From assembly GCA_051362555.1 (NCBI GenBank), contig CM120641.1, positions 35,656,401 through 35,720,400 on the forward strand: DNA of 64,000 nucleotides, written 5' to 3'. This stretch comes from Lingula anatina (Eukaryota > Animalia > Brachiopoda). The stretch's first letter is position 1. Each line of letters starts with the position of its first letter. The translations under genes were made by a program, and so were the position numbers. This document shows positions 26,248 to 40,042 of the stretch, piece after piece. The notes below the pieces were generated by a model. The model was not told the DNA's origin. It made no database searches and saw nothing but the letters and a program-made list of their open reading frames with translations.

Positions 26248-26484
26248 GAGCTCATCTGTGAGAACATTCACATCGAGAAGAGCCAAGGTCTAGCAAGGCC
26301 GAGACCTAAATATGGCGGACCTACATGAAAGGAAGACCGCGTAATCCTTAAATGGTCTCTCAATGACATTCACTGACATTCATTGAGAGATATTTAGGGA
26401 ATACACGGTCTTCCTTTCTTGTAGGTCCACCATATTTAGGTCTTCTTGATGTGAATGCTCTCTGTATGCACAGACAGATGAGCT
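26248..26484. mobile_element. Foldback MITE (nearly the whole length is an imperfect palindrome)
   Basis: agacctaaatatggcggacctacatgaaaggaagaccgcgtaatccttaaatggtctctcaatga pairs with tcattgagagatatttagggaatacacggtcttcctttcttgtaggtccaccatatttaggtct. Outer arms are acattcacatc/gatgtgaatg and agctcatctgt/acagatgagct. Confidence 0.75.
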
Positions 26485-26536
26485 TGTACATATTGTGTCT
26501 GTCGTCGGTCTTGTCACCGTGCGCTTTCATTGTTAT

Positions 26537-26960
26537 ACAAATAAAATGAAAACGGTTTTACCTTTTGTTTTCAAACTTACAGAACTGATGAATATTCATT
26601 AAATTCAGGTCAAGTTTGAAAATCAGCCTGATTGGACCATTTTTTCCGATTGTTATGCTTTTTTTTGTTTTTTTCAGCATATTATATCCACCATTTTACA
26701 AATAAAATGAAAACTATTTTACCTTTTGTCTTCAAACTTACAGAACTGATGAATATTCATTAAATTCAGCTCAAGTTGGAAAATCAACCTGATTGGACCA
26801 TTTTTCCAAAAGTAAAGCTTTTTTTTTTTTTCAGCATACTTTACCTACTATTATACAAATAAAATGAAAACCATGTCATATTTTGTTTTGAAACTTGCAG
26901 GACTGATTCAGAGGTTTGATATAGATTAAGTTCAAAAATTAACTTGATAAGATTACTTTT
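26537..26960 (+). repeat. About 160-bp tandem repeat (about 2.6 units), Helentron/HINE-associated satellite-like; a single related unit at about 51400-51570
   Basis: Units start at 26537, 26698 and 26855 with acaaataaaatgaaaac, and share the core aaacttacagaactgatga...tcaagtt.gaaaatca.cctgattggaccattt. The same core is seen at 51479-51565. The HINE assignment is inference from repeat architecture. Confidence 0.75.
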
Positions 26961-28326
26961 GTTGAAGTAAAGGCTGTTTTTGTACCCTCTACCAGGGCGA
27001 CAGATTGATTTTCTACAGATATTCACAGATATGTCTCTAGATAAATAGACGGTCATTTTGGTCTGTTTGTCAGATTCAACCCCTCACTATGTTCAGAATC
27101 TTAGAATGGAGCAAATCAGACATTTAAAATTGCTTTTTGATATTTTCCCATATCTGAACAAAATGTTGATCATTTAAAAATGAAAGTAAATTGGTTACAT
27201 TATTTTTATAAATCTATTGAACTAAAAATGCTTTGATAATGTTAACAAATTAAATGATATGTACAATGCAGATCACTAAAAAAATTTGATACAGGTTATA
27301 GTTGTGATCGAATTGCAAAGCATAAAGGTAATGATGTCAAAAAGTATTTTGTAAAGAAGTTTAACTTGTATTGAAATGACAGATGTTAATTATGCAAATA
27401 AAAGTTTATTATTCATATAAAAACTTGTTTCAGCTTTCCTGTGCCACTACATTTATTAAGCAACAGTACACAATAGTGCAGCACCCTTAAACACACTAAT
27501 TGCATGCAGGCCAATGGTAAAGGAAAGTTACAAGCACGCTTCACCCCCTCCCAAACCTCATTAATGAATCAACCTAATTCGACAACCCAAGTAATCAAAT
27601 GACTACCAAGGGTAATCATCAGGTTGGATATGATGATCCTGCAAGGTCAGCAAATACACAGTTTGGCTACCTGGGTCATTGTTTCAGGTATACTCATGTG
27701 ATGATCCCAAGGTAGTCAATTTGATGACCCTATGTTTTCAGTGTACCTGTTGCTGTCCCATCAGTTGAACTTTTTTTTAGCGATACACGGTTACAAAAAT
27801 TCACTGTAAAGACCTTCCGTTGTATGTATCCCTACACAGTTTCATCTTAACTCTCCACGTCTCGTTTTCCATCACTTTCACCAAAAAAATTGCAGGGTCA
27901 GTGTGATCAGGAATAGTACGTACTGCCTAGTAGTGGAGGGTCAATAGACGTACTATAGGAATGCCCCTTTTGCAACCTGCGTGGTAAGTTTGAGTGGCTG
28001 TTTATTTTCGGGGACATAATAGGGAAAATGTGGGTTTATTGTAAATAATTTTTGGACAGTGTACAGAGATGAGCTTTTCCGACTATCGAAGGATTTCCGA
28101 CTTTTGGCTATGACACTTTATTCGTACGCAAAATATTTAGGTTGAAAAGAAATAAATGTTATATGAAATGTACTGACAGAGTGACGTTTCTCTTCTCTAC
28201 CAAATATCTAATCGAGGATATCAAACTTCCCAAAGTTGGTTAACCCTGCGAAGACCTCGAGCTCGTCAAGTAAATACATTTTTATTTACAAAAAAATCAG
28301 ATTCAAGATTAGAGATGAGGCTCATA

Positions 28327-28541
28327 GAGTGCATTCCCAGAGATTTAGATCGATCCATCCGGATCGACCTAACTCCCTGGGGGTTCACGCTAAATTGCGG
28401 TCAGCCGAGCGCGCACGACAGTTAATTACCCCCTTACAGCTTTTACTAGGCGGGACAGACGCTTAAGCCGGCTAAGCTGACAGTAATCTAGTGAGACTCC
28501 CCACAGGGATAGATCGATCTCAAATCTGTGGGAATGGGGTC
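28327..28541 (+). mobile_element. Full-length Harbinger-type MITE, family H1
   Basis: attcccagagatttagatcgatc ... gatcgatctcaaatctgtgggaatggggtc|tta. Confidence 0.85.
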
Positions 28542-31500
28542 TTAGAGCCAGCTTTATAGTCAATTCCTTTTGATACAGATAGAGTTACTTGGTTGTCAGA
28601 TAATATATATTTTGCCAATTTAGTCATTAGTTTTTGGGAAACACCCTGGGTAATTCTAAAATACTATTCACGTACCATGTTATTGATTTTCTAGATACAA
28701 ATTACAATGGAATCGACAAAGGTTTGCTGCGTTTTTAAGTTAAACATTTCTTTACGCTTACAATGTCAATTTTTGCATGTAATAAAGATGATATACATGT
28801 GGTTATCGAATGACTCACGTATTCATGATCAACGTTTCATATCACTTAAATGCAACAATTACTTATTAATTCTGTGTTAATATCGTGGTACATGCACTTT
28901 TTATTTGAATATTTTTCGCTCCCAATTGCAAATGATACACGCACTCTCGGTGTCGAATGCAATTTTTCTGGTAGTTTCCCCAAAAGTAATCACTTATTTA
29001 ATTTTAATACATTTCCACATAAACACCATCTCACACGATTTTAATTACAATTGACACACTGTGGCTAGAGATTATTTACGTTGATTTAAGTGCAAAAATA
29101 GGCCCATATATTTTTTGATGCTACGTGACTCAAATCTCGTCTTCTCAAAGGTTATCGAAAGACGCAGTGCTGTTTACCCTCGTGACCGAGGTTTATAGCG
29201 GTGCTTTATATAGATGATAATGGTCACTACCAGCATCAAATATGAAAGAATAGTGACTATTTTACCCCGACAGGTTTCATCAATACCTCCAGGGGAGTAT
29301 TAAACTGTTCTTCTGATTTGTTTTTATGTATTTAGTTGCGCCGATGACTTTATTTTTTAAAAACTTTTTAACTATATATATATCAGGTAAACTATATAAA
29401 TATATATAACGTCTCTCTCTCTTTCTCTCTTTATATATATTATAAAGAGAGTCATATTAGAGAGACTTTATATACATATATAAAGAGAGAAAGAGAGAGA
29501 GACGTTTTTCACCAATGTCATATCTCTCTTTCTCTCTTTCTCTCTCTCTCTCGCACGCACGCACGCTGGTACACGTACACACACATTTCTGAAATATACC
29601 TTGTTATTCATCATAGTTCAGTTAGTTCAAGAGATGTACTAGTACACGCACTTTACTCTTTACTCTGTGCTTAATCAGAGCGTTGGACTTCATATTGTGA
29701 TAATGCAACAATTGGGCAAAACTCAACTAACTCTGCTTACGTAATGATATCTTATATTTATAAGACCTTTTTCAATGGTTAGACAATATTGGCCAGCAGG
29801 TGTGTGTTGAAGGGGGGATAAGTAGCATCCCTCTTATTTAGCTTCCCTTTTTTTATCCCTTAGATATTCCTCACGTTTTCCGTCATCTTATTCAACTGTA
29901 CCTTGCCCCCCCCCCCCTTTTATCGCTTAAGTTTGCATTTATTTCTGTTGCAGATTTTGAGCGATTATGTGCTCCATGTGTGAGTGTGAATGTCTTTTGA
30001 ACAGCGGTATAACACAATTCTTTCTGGCTTTCAGTGGATAATGGCATGTACAATTTTGCCTTTTTTAAATTTTAATTATGACTAATTTTTTTAAACCGTT
30101 TATTTTTCTCATTTATTCAATTTTCCTTTTGTATATATTTATTTCATTCATGCATCCTTGCGCGCTGACGTTTATTCTATATCCGTTTTTCTACTTGGTA
30201 ACAGTGACGCCGATTTTCTGCATCATTTTGTGTCTTCCTCTCCCCCCCCCCCCCCCCCCTCCCTCTCACCTTGCGTACATTCACATGTTGGTTATGTGCC
30301 TCCTATTTAACCCTGGGAGAGATAGATTTTTCTCTTCGTCATAAAGCGATCTTAAATCCATTAAGAAAGGCAGATTTTCGGGAAATGCTGTCACTACCAA
30401 TTGGCTATGACCCGCTTACGTATAATAATATAGGGGGGGTTCACGTCTTACCTAAAAGTCTGAAAGGTGCACAGCGATGGCGTATTGAAGGCCTGTGACC
30501 GAGCATATTCAATAGGCCGTGCTTACGTCGCAGAAAAACTGGGACATCTATTGTAGTGTCCCAACGTTAGTTGTTGAACGTTTTACATATTGATCTTTAA
30601 GAGCCTGCTGTGTGGGAGGACGTTGAGGCACATGAAGCTAGGCACATGATCGCGTCAGCTGATTTCTTATAATAAAAGAAACGTTGGAATACCGTTGGGT
30701 AGGGCAAAAGAGAACTTTTACAGTTGCTTGACGGGCTACGTTGGAGAAACACTAAAATCAGTTTCAGGGGTTAGCTGCACACACAACGCTAAGAGAAGCC
30801 TGAGGTAAATAGTAAACAATGCCGCAGTAATAATGGTAGGTTGAGACTGACTTGTTATTTACCTTGTGTAGAATATTCCTAGGATAACTATTTTGCCGAT
30901 ACGGCTGGACCCTGAGAAGTGACGCGGACCTTCCTACAAGGGGTGGTTTTCCCTGTCACTACTTATGCTCCCAGAATGGCACCGGACCTGGTCAGTCTGT
31001 CGAGTGGTCAGTTAACTTAATCAATATATTTGCATGATGTTACAAGAGGGAAGGGGGGTAGGTGGTGAAAAAGACTGGACTTACATAACGACTACATTGA
31101 AGACTTTGTAAGCATTATTTAGGCGTGTCCAAAAGCTCACAGTACTTCTATAAACTTCTTCCAAAGTTTGCGAGGTTTAACCTGATAGTTAGTGTCGTAA
31201 GTATTGGCTGCAGCAGAATCCGATGGTAAAAGAAGCAAAGTAACATTTTAATAGATTGATTTAACGTATAGGAACCCAGGCTAGGCTGTCGACTACAGGT
31301 AATCGCTTGATTGAAATATTATCAGCAAGTTTTCTTTTTGTAACATTTGCGTGAGGTAGCAATCATAGATTATTGCGGAGTCAGTGTATTGAAGAAGGAT
31401 CTTAGCAGAGAAACAAACCAGGATGTAAGTGTTGATAAAAAACCGGTTATTCCAGCCCTTTAGATTTAGAGCGGTCACGAGACATCGATAACAGGAGTCC

Positions 31501-31594
31501 TAGAGTAAAGGCTTTGTGCTGGAAATAAGAGTGAGGGGGGGGGGGGAGGGGGGGGGCAGTCAGACAGTCAGGTGGACAGCATCAGATAGAGAGA

Positions 31595-31900
31595 GCATAA
31601 GAGAGACTGACGGACAGCCAGAGAGAGAGAGAGAGAAGAAGAAGAAGAAGAAGAAAAAGAAGAGAAAGAAAGAGACAATAAGAGAGACTAGCGGGCAGCC
31701 AGAGAGAGAGAGAGAGAGAGAGAGGGGGGAAAGAAGAAGAAAAAATAGAGAGGCCATAAGAGAGACTGACAGACAGCCAGAGAAAGAGAGAGAGAGGGGG
31801 GGGGGAGAAGAGAAAGAGAAAGAGACCATAAGAGAGACTGACGGGTAGGCAGAGAGAGAAGAAGAGACAGAGAGACACCATTAAAGAGACTGACGGTCAA
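31595..31900 (+). repeat. Purine-rich minisatellite: cataagagagactgacgg(a)cagccagagag core separated by variable (GA)n/(GAA)n/Gn tracts, 5 units
   Basis: Core starts at about 31597, 31677, 31755, 31827 and 31879. Confidence 0.85.
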
Positions 31901-32482
31901 GCTGAGAGGAGAATAGAGAGAGAGAGGAAGAGAGAAAGTGGATAAAAAAAGACAGGCGGACAGACAGACAAATAGCCAACTAGCAACGGTAGCAAACAGA
32001 CAGTTAGTCTGACAGAGAGAGACCGCCGACCCGTCTAGTTTAAAACTGCGTGTTTTCCAATTCTATTTTAAGTCTTATCAGATCTAATTCGAAGTGTGCT
32101 TCTTGGTACCGTGCATTAATCATCAAATGTTATCATGCGCCTGATTATTATGCTTTTCCACTTCAATAAATTGCATTTGTATGAGGTCATTTGACTTCGT
32201 CAAAAGTTTGTTGTGATCAAAGTAAATGAGAAAATAGCGTTTATACAGTAATTAAGGTGAAGAGATGAACACTCATCTTCAGAAAGCGAAATGAACATGT
32301 AATGCATGTATATGTTCAAAATCAGATTTGCTTTCCATACATTATTATTTTATTCAAGACAGACAAAGAAATAAACTTTGTCCCTACTAGCATATTCTGG
32401 TATTTTCATTTCAGTCTTCCAGGTCTTCTTGTCTATAACAACTTCTTAACCACCAGAAGGGTCTCTTGTAGAGAGTAGCTGC

Positions 32483-32522
<40 letters not shown>

Positions 32523-32879
32523 TATATCGTTAATTGTAAACATAGTCTTAACAAATTAATAAAATGCTACTTTGGCGAGGCGACAATTTTACTTTTTTTG
32601 AAAGAGACACATACATGTAATGCCCAAGGTTAATAATAACCCTTGAGTCGGTTAACTTACGTGACAATAGTAGATAAACTTAAAGCTTTTCAGATAGAGC
32701 GTTATCATAAGTGGTAGCACGCGTTAGAATCCGCATCACAAGACCATAATAAATACTACTGTTCTTCCTCAGGTAATCATTTAGTCGGAAAAAGAACCTT
32801 TGGGATTTTCCAAATCAATTAGGTGTGGCAAATAAAAGTGAAGAGGCGCCAACTGTACAAGCAGACTCTTACTTCGACC

Positions 32880-35800
32880 ATGGCAACAAATGATGTCGAT
32901 CCTGGTGGTCCTGGGGCTGGGCATGACCAGCCGGACATCGGCTATCGGCAGCGAGGTTTTGATGATTCGATGGACGATTTATATGGCACCTCACTCACTG
33001 TGGCAAAAGAGTGGAAAGTAGGAGCCGAAATAAATGAGCAGAAAAAATCAACTAAAAAACCATCAAAAGGTGTAACAGTTTTCAAATGGCTGGCCACACT
33101 GCTGATGTTCTGTTTACTCCTAGCGGCATTAGTGGGTAGTAAATTGTCTGCGCTTTACATAGCGCAAGGACTAAATAAAACCGAACCCCAAAATGACGTT
33201 GAAAAGAACTCTGCTGCATTTGAGATGGTAATTATAACAACTATGTGCCCATATCTGGTCACTTTGATTGTTTCCTTGTGGGTCGGCTCATTCCGGAGTG
33301 ATATGCCATGGCCGTCCTGGACAGCCCTATTCTTGGTAAGTTTAGCATGGGAAGGGAACTGAGAGTGTGTTAGGTATGACAGCATATGGAATGTGATAAT
33401 TAAAATGTGAAATATGTTAATTGTGATGACTTTTGCAGTTTTGCGAAGATATTTGATTGGAACTAAGTGTGAAAACGGGTTTATTTTGATGCGATGTGAA
33501 AGTGCGTTAGGTGTGACGACAGATTTTTTTTCCTGACGAAACATTGTATGTGATACTTGATATTTATCATATTGTAAAAATGATAAATGCGATGATGTGT
33601 GACAATCACTATGTTTTTGACACAATGGTTAAGCCTTAACTCTTACCAGTGCCACCCAGTACCTGGCTTTTTAACACTTTTTCTTATTAAGGAGCTTTCT
33701 TTTATGTCCACTTGTCAATGTGCCTTCAACCTCGTCCCCCATGAAAATGGCCGTATTTTTTTAAAAATGTACCTTTGCAATGTGTTATGTGACAATTGGC
33801 TTGTCTTTATATAATATATACTTTAACAATCATGTATCACATTAACCTACTGTTGGAAAGATGAAAACCTTTTTCATTCACAGGGATTATTGGCAAGCAG
33901 TTTCGAAGTTTGTGGCATCCTGATACTTACACTGGCTGTCCTACGACAAGTCAATCCAGTAGTGGCAATATTACTGTTGAACAGCGTATACCTGGCGCCC
34001 AGCGTGGTTGGTTTTTTCAGCAGCTGCCGGCAACAACAAGGGAGGGTCTCACACAGAGTGGCTTTTGCACTGGGCATGTTGTGTACGGTGGCAGGTCTTG
34101 TGATGTCTGTATATTGTGCTGTGACGGAACGAGATACGAATATGACTTGGGAGATTCTCTTGCCAGTATTTTTGTTATCTGTCGCATGGTCTCCAGCTAT
34201 GCAGAAAATTCAACTTTACAACAAAGGAGGCGCAGAGAGCTTCAGGAAGGCTCTTGGAAACACGTACAGCGCCACTCACACAAGAGTAGGGGTTTACGGA
34301 ACGATGAGCGGTGCGACAGACCAGCAAACAGACACTAGTGGGTATTCATCGTCTCGAAATGGAGGGCCCAATAGCAGTAGTAATAATATGCATAACGTAG
34401 GGGCTGCCAGTCAAAGGGCAGACGACAGTTCGTATATTAGTTGGCTACGCACGTTGCCGTTAGATGATCTAATTGATCTTGACCCTTACAAAAGTGCCAG
34501 GTGGAAGAATAATATATTAACTAGTCTATGGAAGCTTGTTTTAACTCCATTTGCGGCAATCGCCTTTGCTAAAGCGTTTGACATTGGCTATGATTTCGAG
34601 AATTTCGAGTCATTTTTTGAGTATTGGTCGGATGGACTTCTCTATGCTTTTATCATCAACGTATGTACGAGCTTAGCAGGCTATTTGTTTTCTCTGTTTA
34701 CTTGTATGATGTGTATGCAGATTGTTTTCGTTTTACCTTTAATATTAAGCACACCTGCCGCCATCGGGACTTTATTTTTGCCATTTATTGATGGTCTTTT
34801 TCATCCAGAAAAGACCATAGAATACCCAATTCTTTTAATAATTGCTGGTGCAGCTTTCTTTTTTGGACAGTTCTTCACAGTAGGCGTCTTCCTCTTCAAA
34901 AAACAGACAGTTGTTATGGAGAAAGAGTCATTTGTAAGTACAAACGTATCAAACACAGCACATGACATATCTTATTCCTTCTTCTTAAAAACTGCCAAAC
35001 AGTAAGACCTGGACATTCAGACTAACCTAACGGATTGTTTATTTCTACCATACTTAAAACTGTGACAAGTTTTGTAATTTATTTATTTATTTATTTATTT
35101 ATTTACTCTTTCTTCCTTTTTTTCCCTTGGTGTAACACCCAATGTGAAGTAAGTACTTCAATGTTTTCAGTTATTCTGGCAACCCGGCTATAATGGTTAT
35201 CTTTTGGACCAATGGCTGTCACTGTCTCGTAAGACTAAGCAAATCATGCATCGGTTTGAGGAGCCAATAGAAAGAGGGAAGAGAACCAGGGTGTATATTT
35301 GCACTACCATGTATAGAGAGGTACGATATTATATGCCATATTTTGGATTCTAATCCGTGCATCCGACAAAAGGTCTACACGAGATGCCACCTGGAAAAAA
35401 ATTTAGACATATATGACACTGTTTAAAGAATAATTTTGCCATCATTTATTATACCTAATTTTAAAAAGACTTAAAAGCCAACGACATAAAAATTCACTTG
35501 AAACATTATATTATATTATATTATATTATATTATATTATATTATATTATATTATATTATTATGAATGTCACTGTCGGATTTAGGGGGGTGTCAGGGGGGG
35601 CCTGACCCCCCCCTCTCCCCTTTGATTTCTGATAACAAAACGCACCAAAAAAAACATCTAGCTAAAACATTATTCTAAACCGTGCCAAATGGCGCCATTT
35701 TCCCTCCAAAACACCAATTTTTTCGGGGCCCTCGAGCGTGCCCCGAACCTGACGGCAAGGGGGTGAGGATCGGCCTCGCAATCCGAGGCCTGTCAATCCC

Positions 35801-38800
35801 AGACCTCCCCCCCCCTCCCCTTCAAAAAATTCTGGATCCGACCCTGAATGTGCAGTTATTTCTTATGCAAAACTGCTGCTATTTTATCAACAGTTAAGTG
35901 ATTTATTAAAGCCTATATTTACAGAGTGCCACTGAGATGCAGCAGCTTCTGCAGTCTCTGGGAGGCATCAACAGAGCCCAGGCCGGTCTAGATAAACACT
36001 TTTCAGCACATATTTTCTTTGATGGCGCTGTTCGTGACAAGAAAGCATCAGACTTTCTACTCATATTGGTGTCTTTAGTGGAAGAAACGCTCAGTAAGTA
36101 CTGCTAATAAATTAGCGGCAATCTGAATTTTAGTATTTTTACCATATTTTTATATCTAAGATTTTACTTTCACTGATTTTTATGTGGTAAATAGAAAACC
36201 CGTGTATAGTTTACCGACCATATAGATTAACAGAGAGGTCATTTTGCCCTTTTAATGCTTTGTCCTTTTAAGTAGGGGAAATGAGACGGGGGGTTCAAAG
36301 GATTCTAAAGAACCACCCTTTTGGCTGGAAAAGTTCCAAAAGTTAAACATTTAATCTAAGTTCTATGTAATGTCTACAGTAGGATCAAGTAAAAAGGTAA
36401 AAAGGCCCCCTATTTACAAAAAAATACCTGCTATCCCCCCCCCCCCCCTTTTCAAAAGTATGATTACACCGATTATATTATTTGTTCTTTTCGGTTGCAT
36501 AATTTTTAAAGTATTTTTATGAACCGTTGCTAATTTTGTAGAAGAGCAAGCTGTTACGTCGCACATAATAACATATTAACACAATAACACTTGCACCTTT
36601 CCTCTTCTACAGATGTGAAGACTATTGACGCCACCCGTGTTTCTACGCCTTATGGAATGAGTTTGTCTTGGCAGCTACCAGCGCCACCTGGATTGCGTGG
36701 AATGACCCTCACTATCCATTTGAAGGATAATTTCAAGGTGAACACAGTAACAGTCTATATAGTATTGATGTTTTAAAAAGATCTGAAACAATGAAATATT
36801 TGATAGGCAATATGTGACAAATAGTTGTCCATAAATAAATAACAATCAAACGCCGTAGTAATGAGAAAAATTAAATCTAAATAACTGGATGAATCAAAAT
36901 ATTCACTTAGAAATCAAGCACCTTGTTTGTGTTACCATTTACGCGCCTGTTGTAAATTTATTTAAATTAATAATACACAGTGTCTCATCCATCTCTATTA
37001 AATTAGGTTAAGAATAAGAAACGCTGGAGTCAAGTGATGTACATGTCCTATGTGTTGGATTTCCTAATGAAAGCTCATTCAGATGGTAGGTATCGTTTTA
37101 CATCTGCGTATTCACCGAAAGATGGCATCAGCTGCAACTGTGCATTTTCACATTTCCTATATAGTAGCACCCAGCACGGTGGCAAAAACTCACGTTGGCG
37201 CATTTCGTCACAACTGCATATCCATCACAATGACATATACATGTATATACACAGTTGTTTACAAGGCACACCTAGCAGCACGTTCACTGTTAAGTTAATG
37301 GATATGTTTATGTTGAACAGGCAGAAATCAGAATAAGTCGACAGCAGTCAATTTTTTATAGGGCAGCCTATCGGCCTTAAAATTTAATCCATTCATGTTT
37401 AACATAAATGAATATCAATGGTAAATACAGTTAAACCCATAGTGCAATTTTTTCTAGCCACTGACCAAGACACGTTCATTCTTACCACCGATGCTGATGT
37501 TAAGTTTTCTCCGGAGTCTGTGGAATCCCTTATGGACAATATGATACGCGACAACACAGTGGGTGCTGTGTGCGCGCGCACTCACCCCATGGGCTCTGGA
37601 CCCGTTGTATGGTACCAAATATTTGACTACGCCATAGGGCACTGGTTTCAGAAAGTAAGTATTATTAAATGTCCAATTTAATATAAATACAATATTGGAA
37701 TTGACCAGGTTATACTGTACTTTGGGTTTTAGTTATGGCTTTCAAACAAAAAAGGCAACTGTTATGAATATTTGCTGCAGCAGACGAAAAAAGTAGCAGG
37801 TTATTTATGTCTTGCACAATTTCACTGAAATTAAAAGTCGTGTCTGTAGTCTTTAGAAATGTTTTACCATATGTTAGTATGTGTGTATATACTTTAATGC
37901 TGTTGCTTTGGTATTTTTTTCCGTCAAAATGATGTGTTACTATACAAGCCGTAGGAAAGGCAATTGCTGAAGGCGTAATTTAGTGTATGTGCAATACAGG
38001 CATACATGTACATATGTCATACATGTAGCCTATACTACATGTACCCTATACTACATGTAGCCTACGCTGAAGGAAAATCCAGCTATTTCAAATGGAATAG
38101 GTGAAAAGAAAAACCAAAACTTTATAAAGACACCTTCACTTGGGTACGATGAAATGTTTTAATTGCTTAAATGAAGGCTACGTAAAAAAACATGACGTAA
38201 AGGTACACATCTCTTTACAAAATACGGTCAAAAGACAAAATCGTGTCTCTTGGACATCTCCGTTTCTATTATCATTTCCAGGCCGCCAATGACGTCCTTG
38301 GGTCAGTGCTGTGCTGCCCAGGCTGCTTCAGTGTATACAGGGTGGCTGCACTGCGAGACGTCTTACCTCTCTACGCCTCTAAAGTGACCAAGGCCGAAGA
38401 GTTCTTGACCAAGGACATGGGAGAAGACAGGTGGTTGTGTACTCTCATGGTAAGTGATAAATGTAAAGCGCGCCTTTAGTAGAATACCGTTTTTAAAATG
38501 ACGCCTTCTGGTTGAGAACTGGAGAAATGAGAAGCATGCGGTTGTTGGCACCTCATAAAATGTTTTTAGGGTCTGTTTGTATCATACGAAGGCATGTGAC
38601 AAAACTGAATGACAAATGGCTAATGTAGAAAATAGCTGGTTTGTTACTTGATATATAAGAATAGCTTGTATCAAGTCTGCAGCCAGGTGTTAAAAACGAT
38701 CAGTCAAACTACCCTTTACTAAGGGGTGTCCAGATTAAATCCCTCCGGCCAGTTTTATCAGTACTTTAAACCGTAAAATGTCTTACTTGACGAAAGTCCA

Positions 38801-39654
38801 AACTCCCTTTGTTGGCCAGTGTGTATGCTTTTACTCAGACAGAGCGATTGTTCACCCAGAAACCTTTCCCTAGGTGCAAGCTGGCTGGCGTCTAGAATAC
38901 TCTGCCGCTGCTCACGATGAAACCTTCTGTCCTGAAGAGTTTGACGAGTTTTTCAAGCAGAGAAGACGCTGGATTCCCTCAACTCTGGCCAATCAGTTCC
39001 TCATTATGAAGGAGTGGGTTTATATCAGCAAGTTCAACAATCACATCCGCATGTTCTTTGCTCTCTACCAGGCTTTTCTGATCGTTTCAACTCTGCTAGG
39101 ACCAGGGACAGTTATAATGATCATAGCAGGTAAAACGTTTGTCATTGTATATTTGAATGGTTAAATAAAGAAGTCGGGAAAGGAAGACATAAAATCTACA
39201 TTATGGGCGACAGGTGACGAAAAAGAAATATGTATCATGTTTTTGCATGCCAACTTCTGGTTCTTCACTGTAACATTTACTGAATCCCAATCCATTGTAA
39301 ACACAATGATGTATTCACTGGATAATATGTAGATACAAAACAGGCCTACATAATTTGTGACATTGATACATTTATATTTTAGGCGGGCTGAACTACTCTT
39401 TATGTGTCTCAGCAACTGCAATGACAATCCTACTGTTGATTATCACTGTGGGTTACGCCGCAATCTGCCTTACCACTTCACAAGATACACAACTAATGGT
39501 CAGTATCAACAAAAAGTCCTGCGCTCTGTCATATTCATTACTCTATGTTACATATTAAGTTGAACGGAATATAATAATATTTGTCGGATATTGACTAGGC
39601 CTCGCCTATTTTTAGTGTTTTTTATTTTCATTTCGGGCTCATGATGTCGGAAAA

Positions 39655-39695
<41 letters not shown>

Positions 39696-40004
39696 TGTGT
39701 TCTGGTTGCCAAGGTGAGATAGTTTTATTGTATTCTACAGGTTGCCAAGGTGAGATAGTTTTATTGTATTCTACAGGTTGCCAAAGTGATGACATTTGTG
39801 TTTGCACTGGTAATGGCCGCAGTCACCGTGGGGACAGCAGTGCAGATAGGAGAGGACATTGGACGCTCTTTCAACTTGACTGGCAATACCTCTGACTACA
39901 GTAAGTGTATGGTGTTTTCCTTAAAATCTTATACCGGTATAATGCAGTTTTCTATACGTACCATTCTCAGGGTTCCAGCAAGCTAAACGGCTAGAGGCTT
40001 TACG

Positions 40005-40042
<38 letters not shown>

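Noticed and set aside
26537-26960. Regularly spaced repeats as a CRISPR-like array
   Set aside because: Whole 160-bp units are repeated with no unique spacers, there are no cas genes, and the context is eukaryotic. It is a satellite-like repeat.
31516-31900. Four overlapping ORFs rich in E/R/K or S/L/F
   Set aside because: They are translations of the GA-rich minisatellite, with no splice or domain support.
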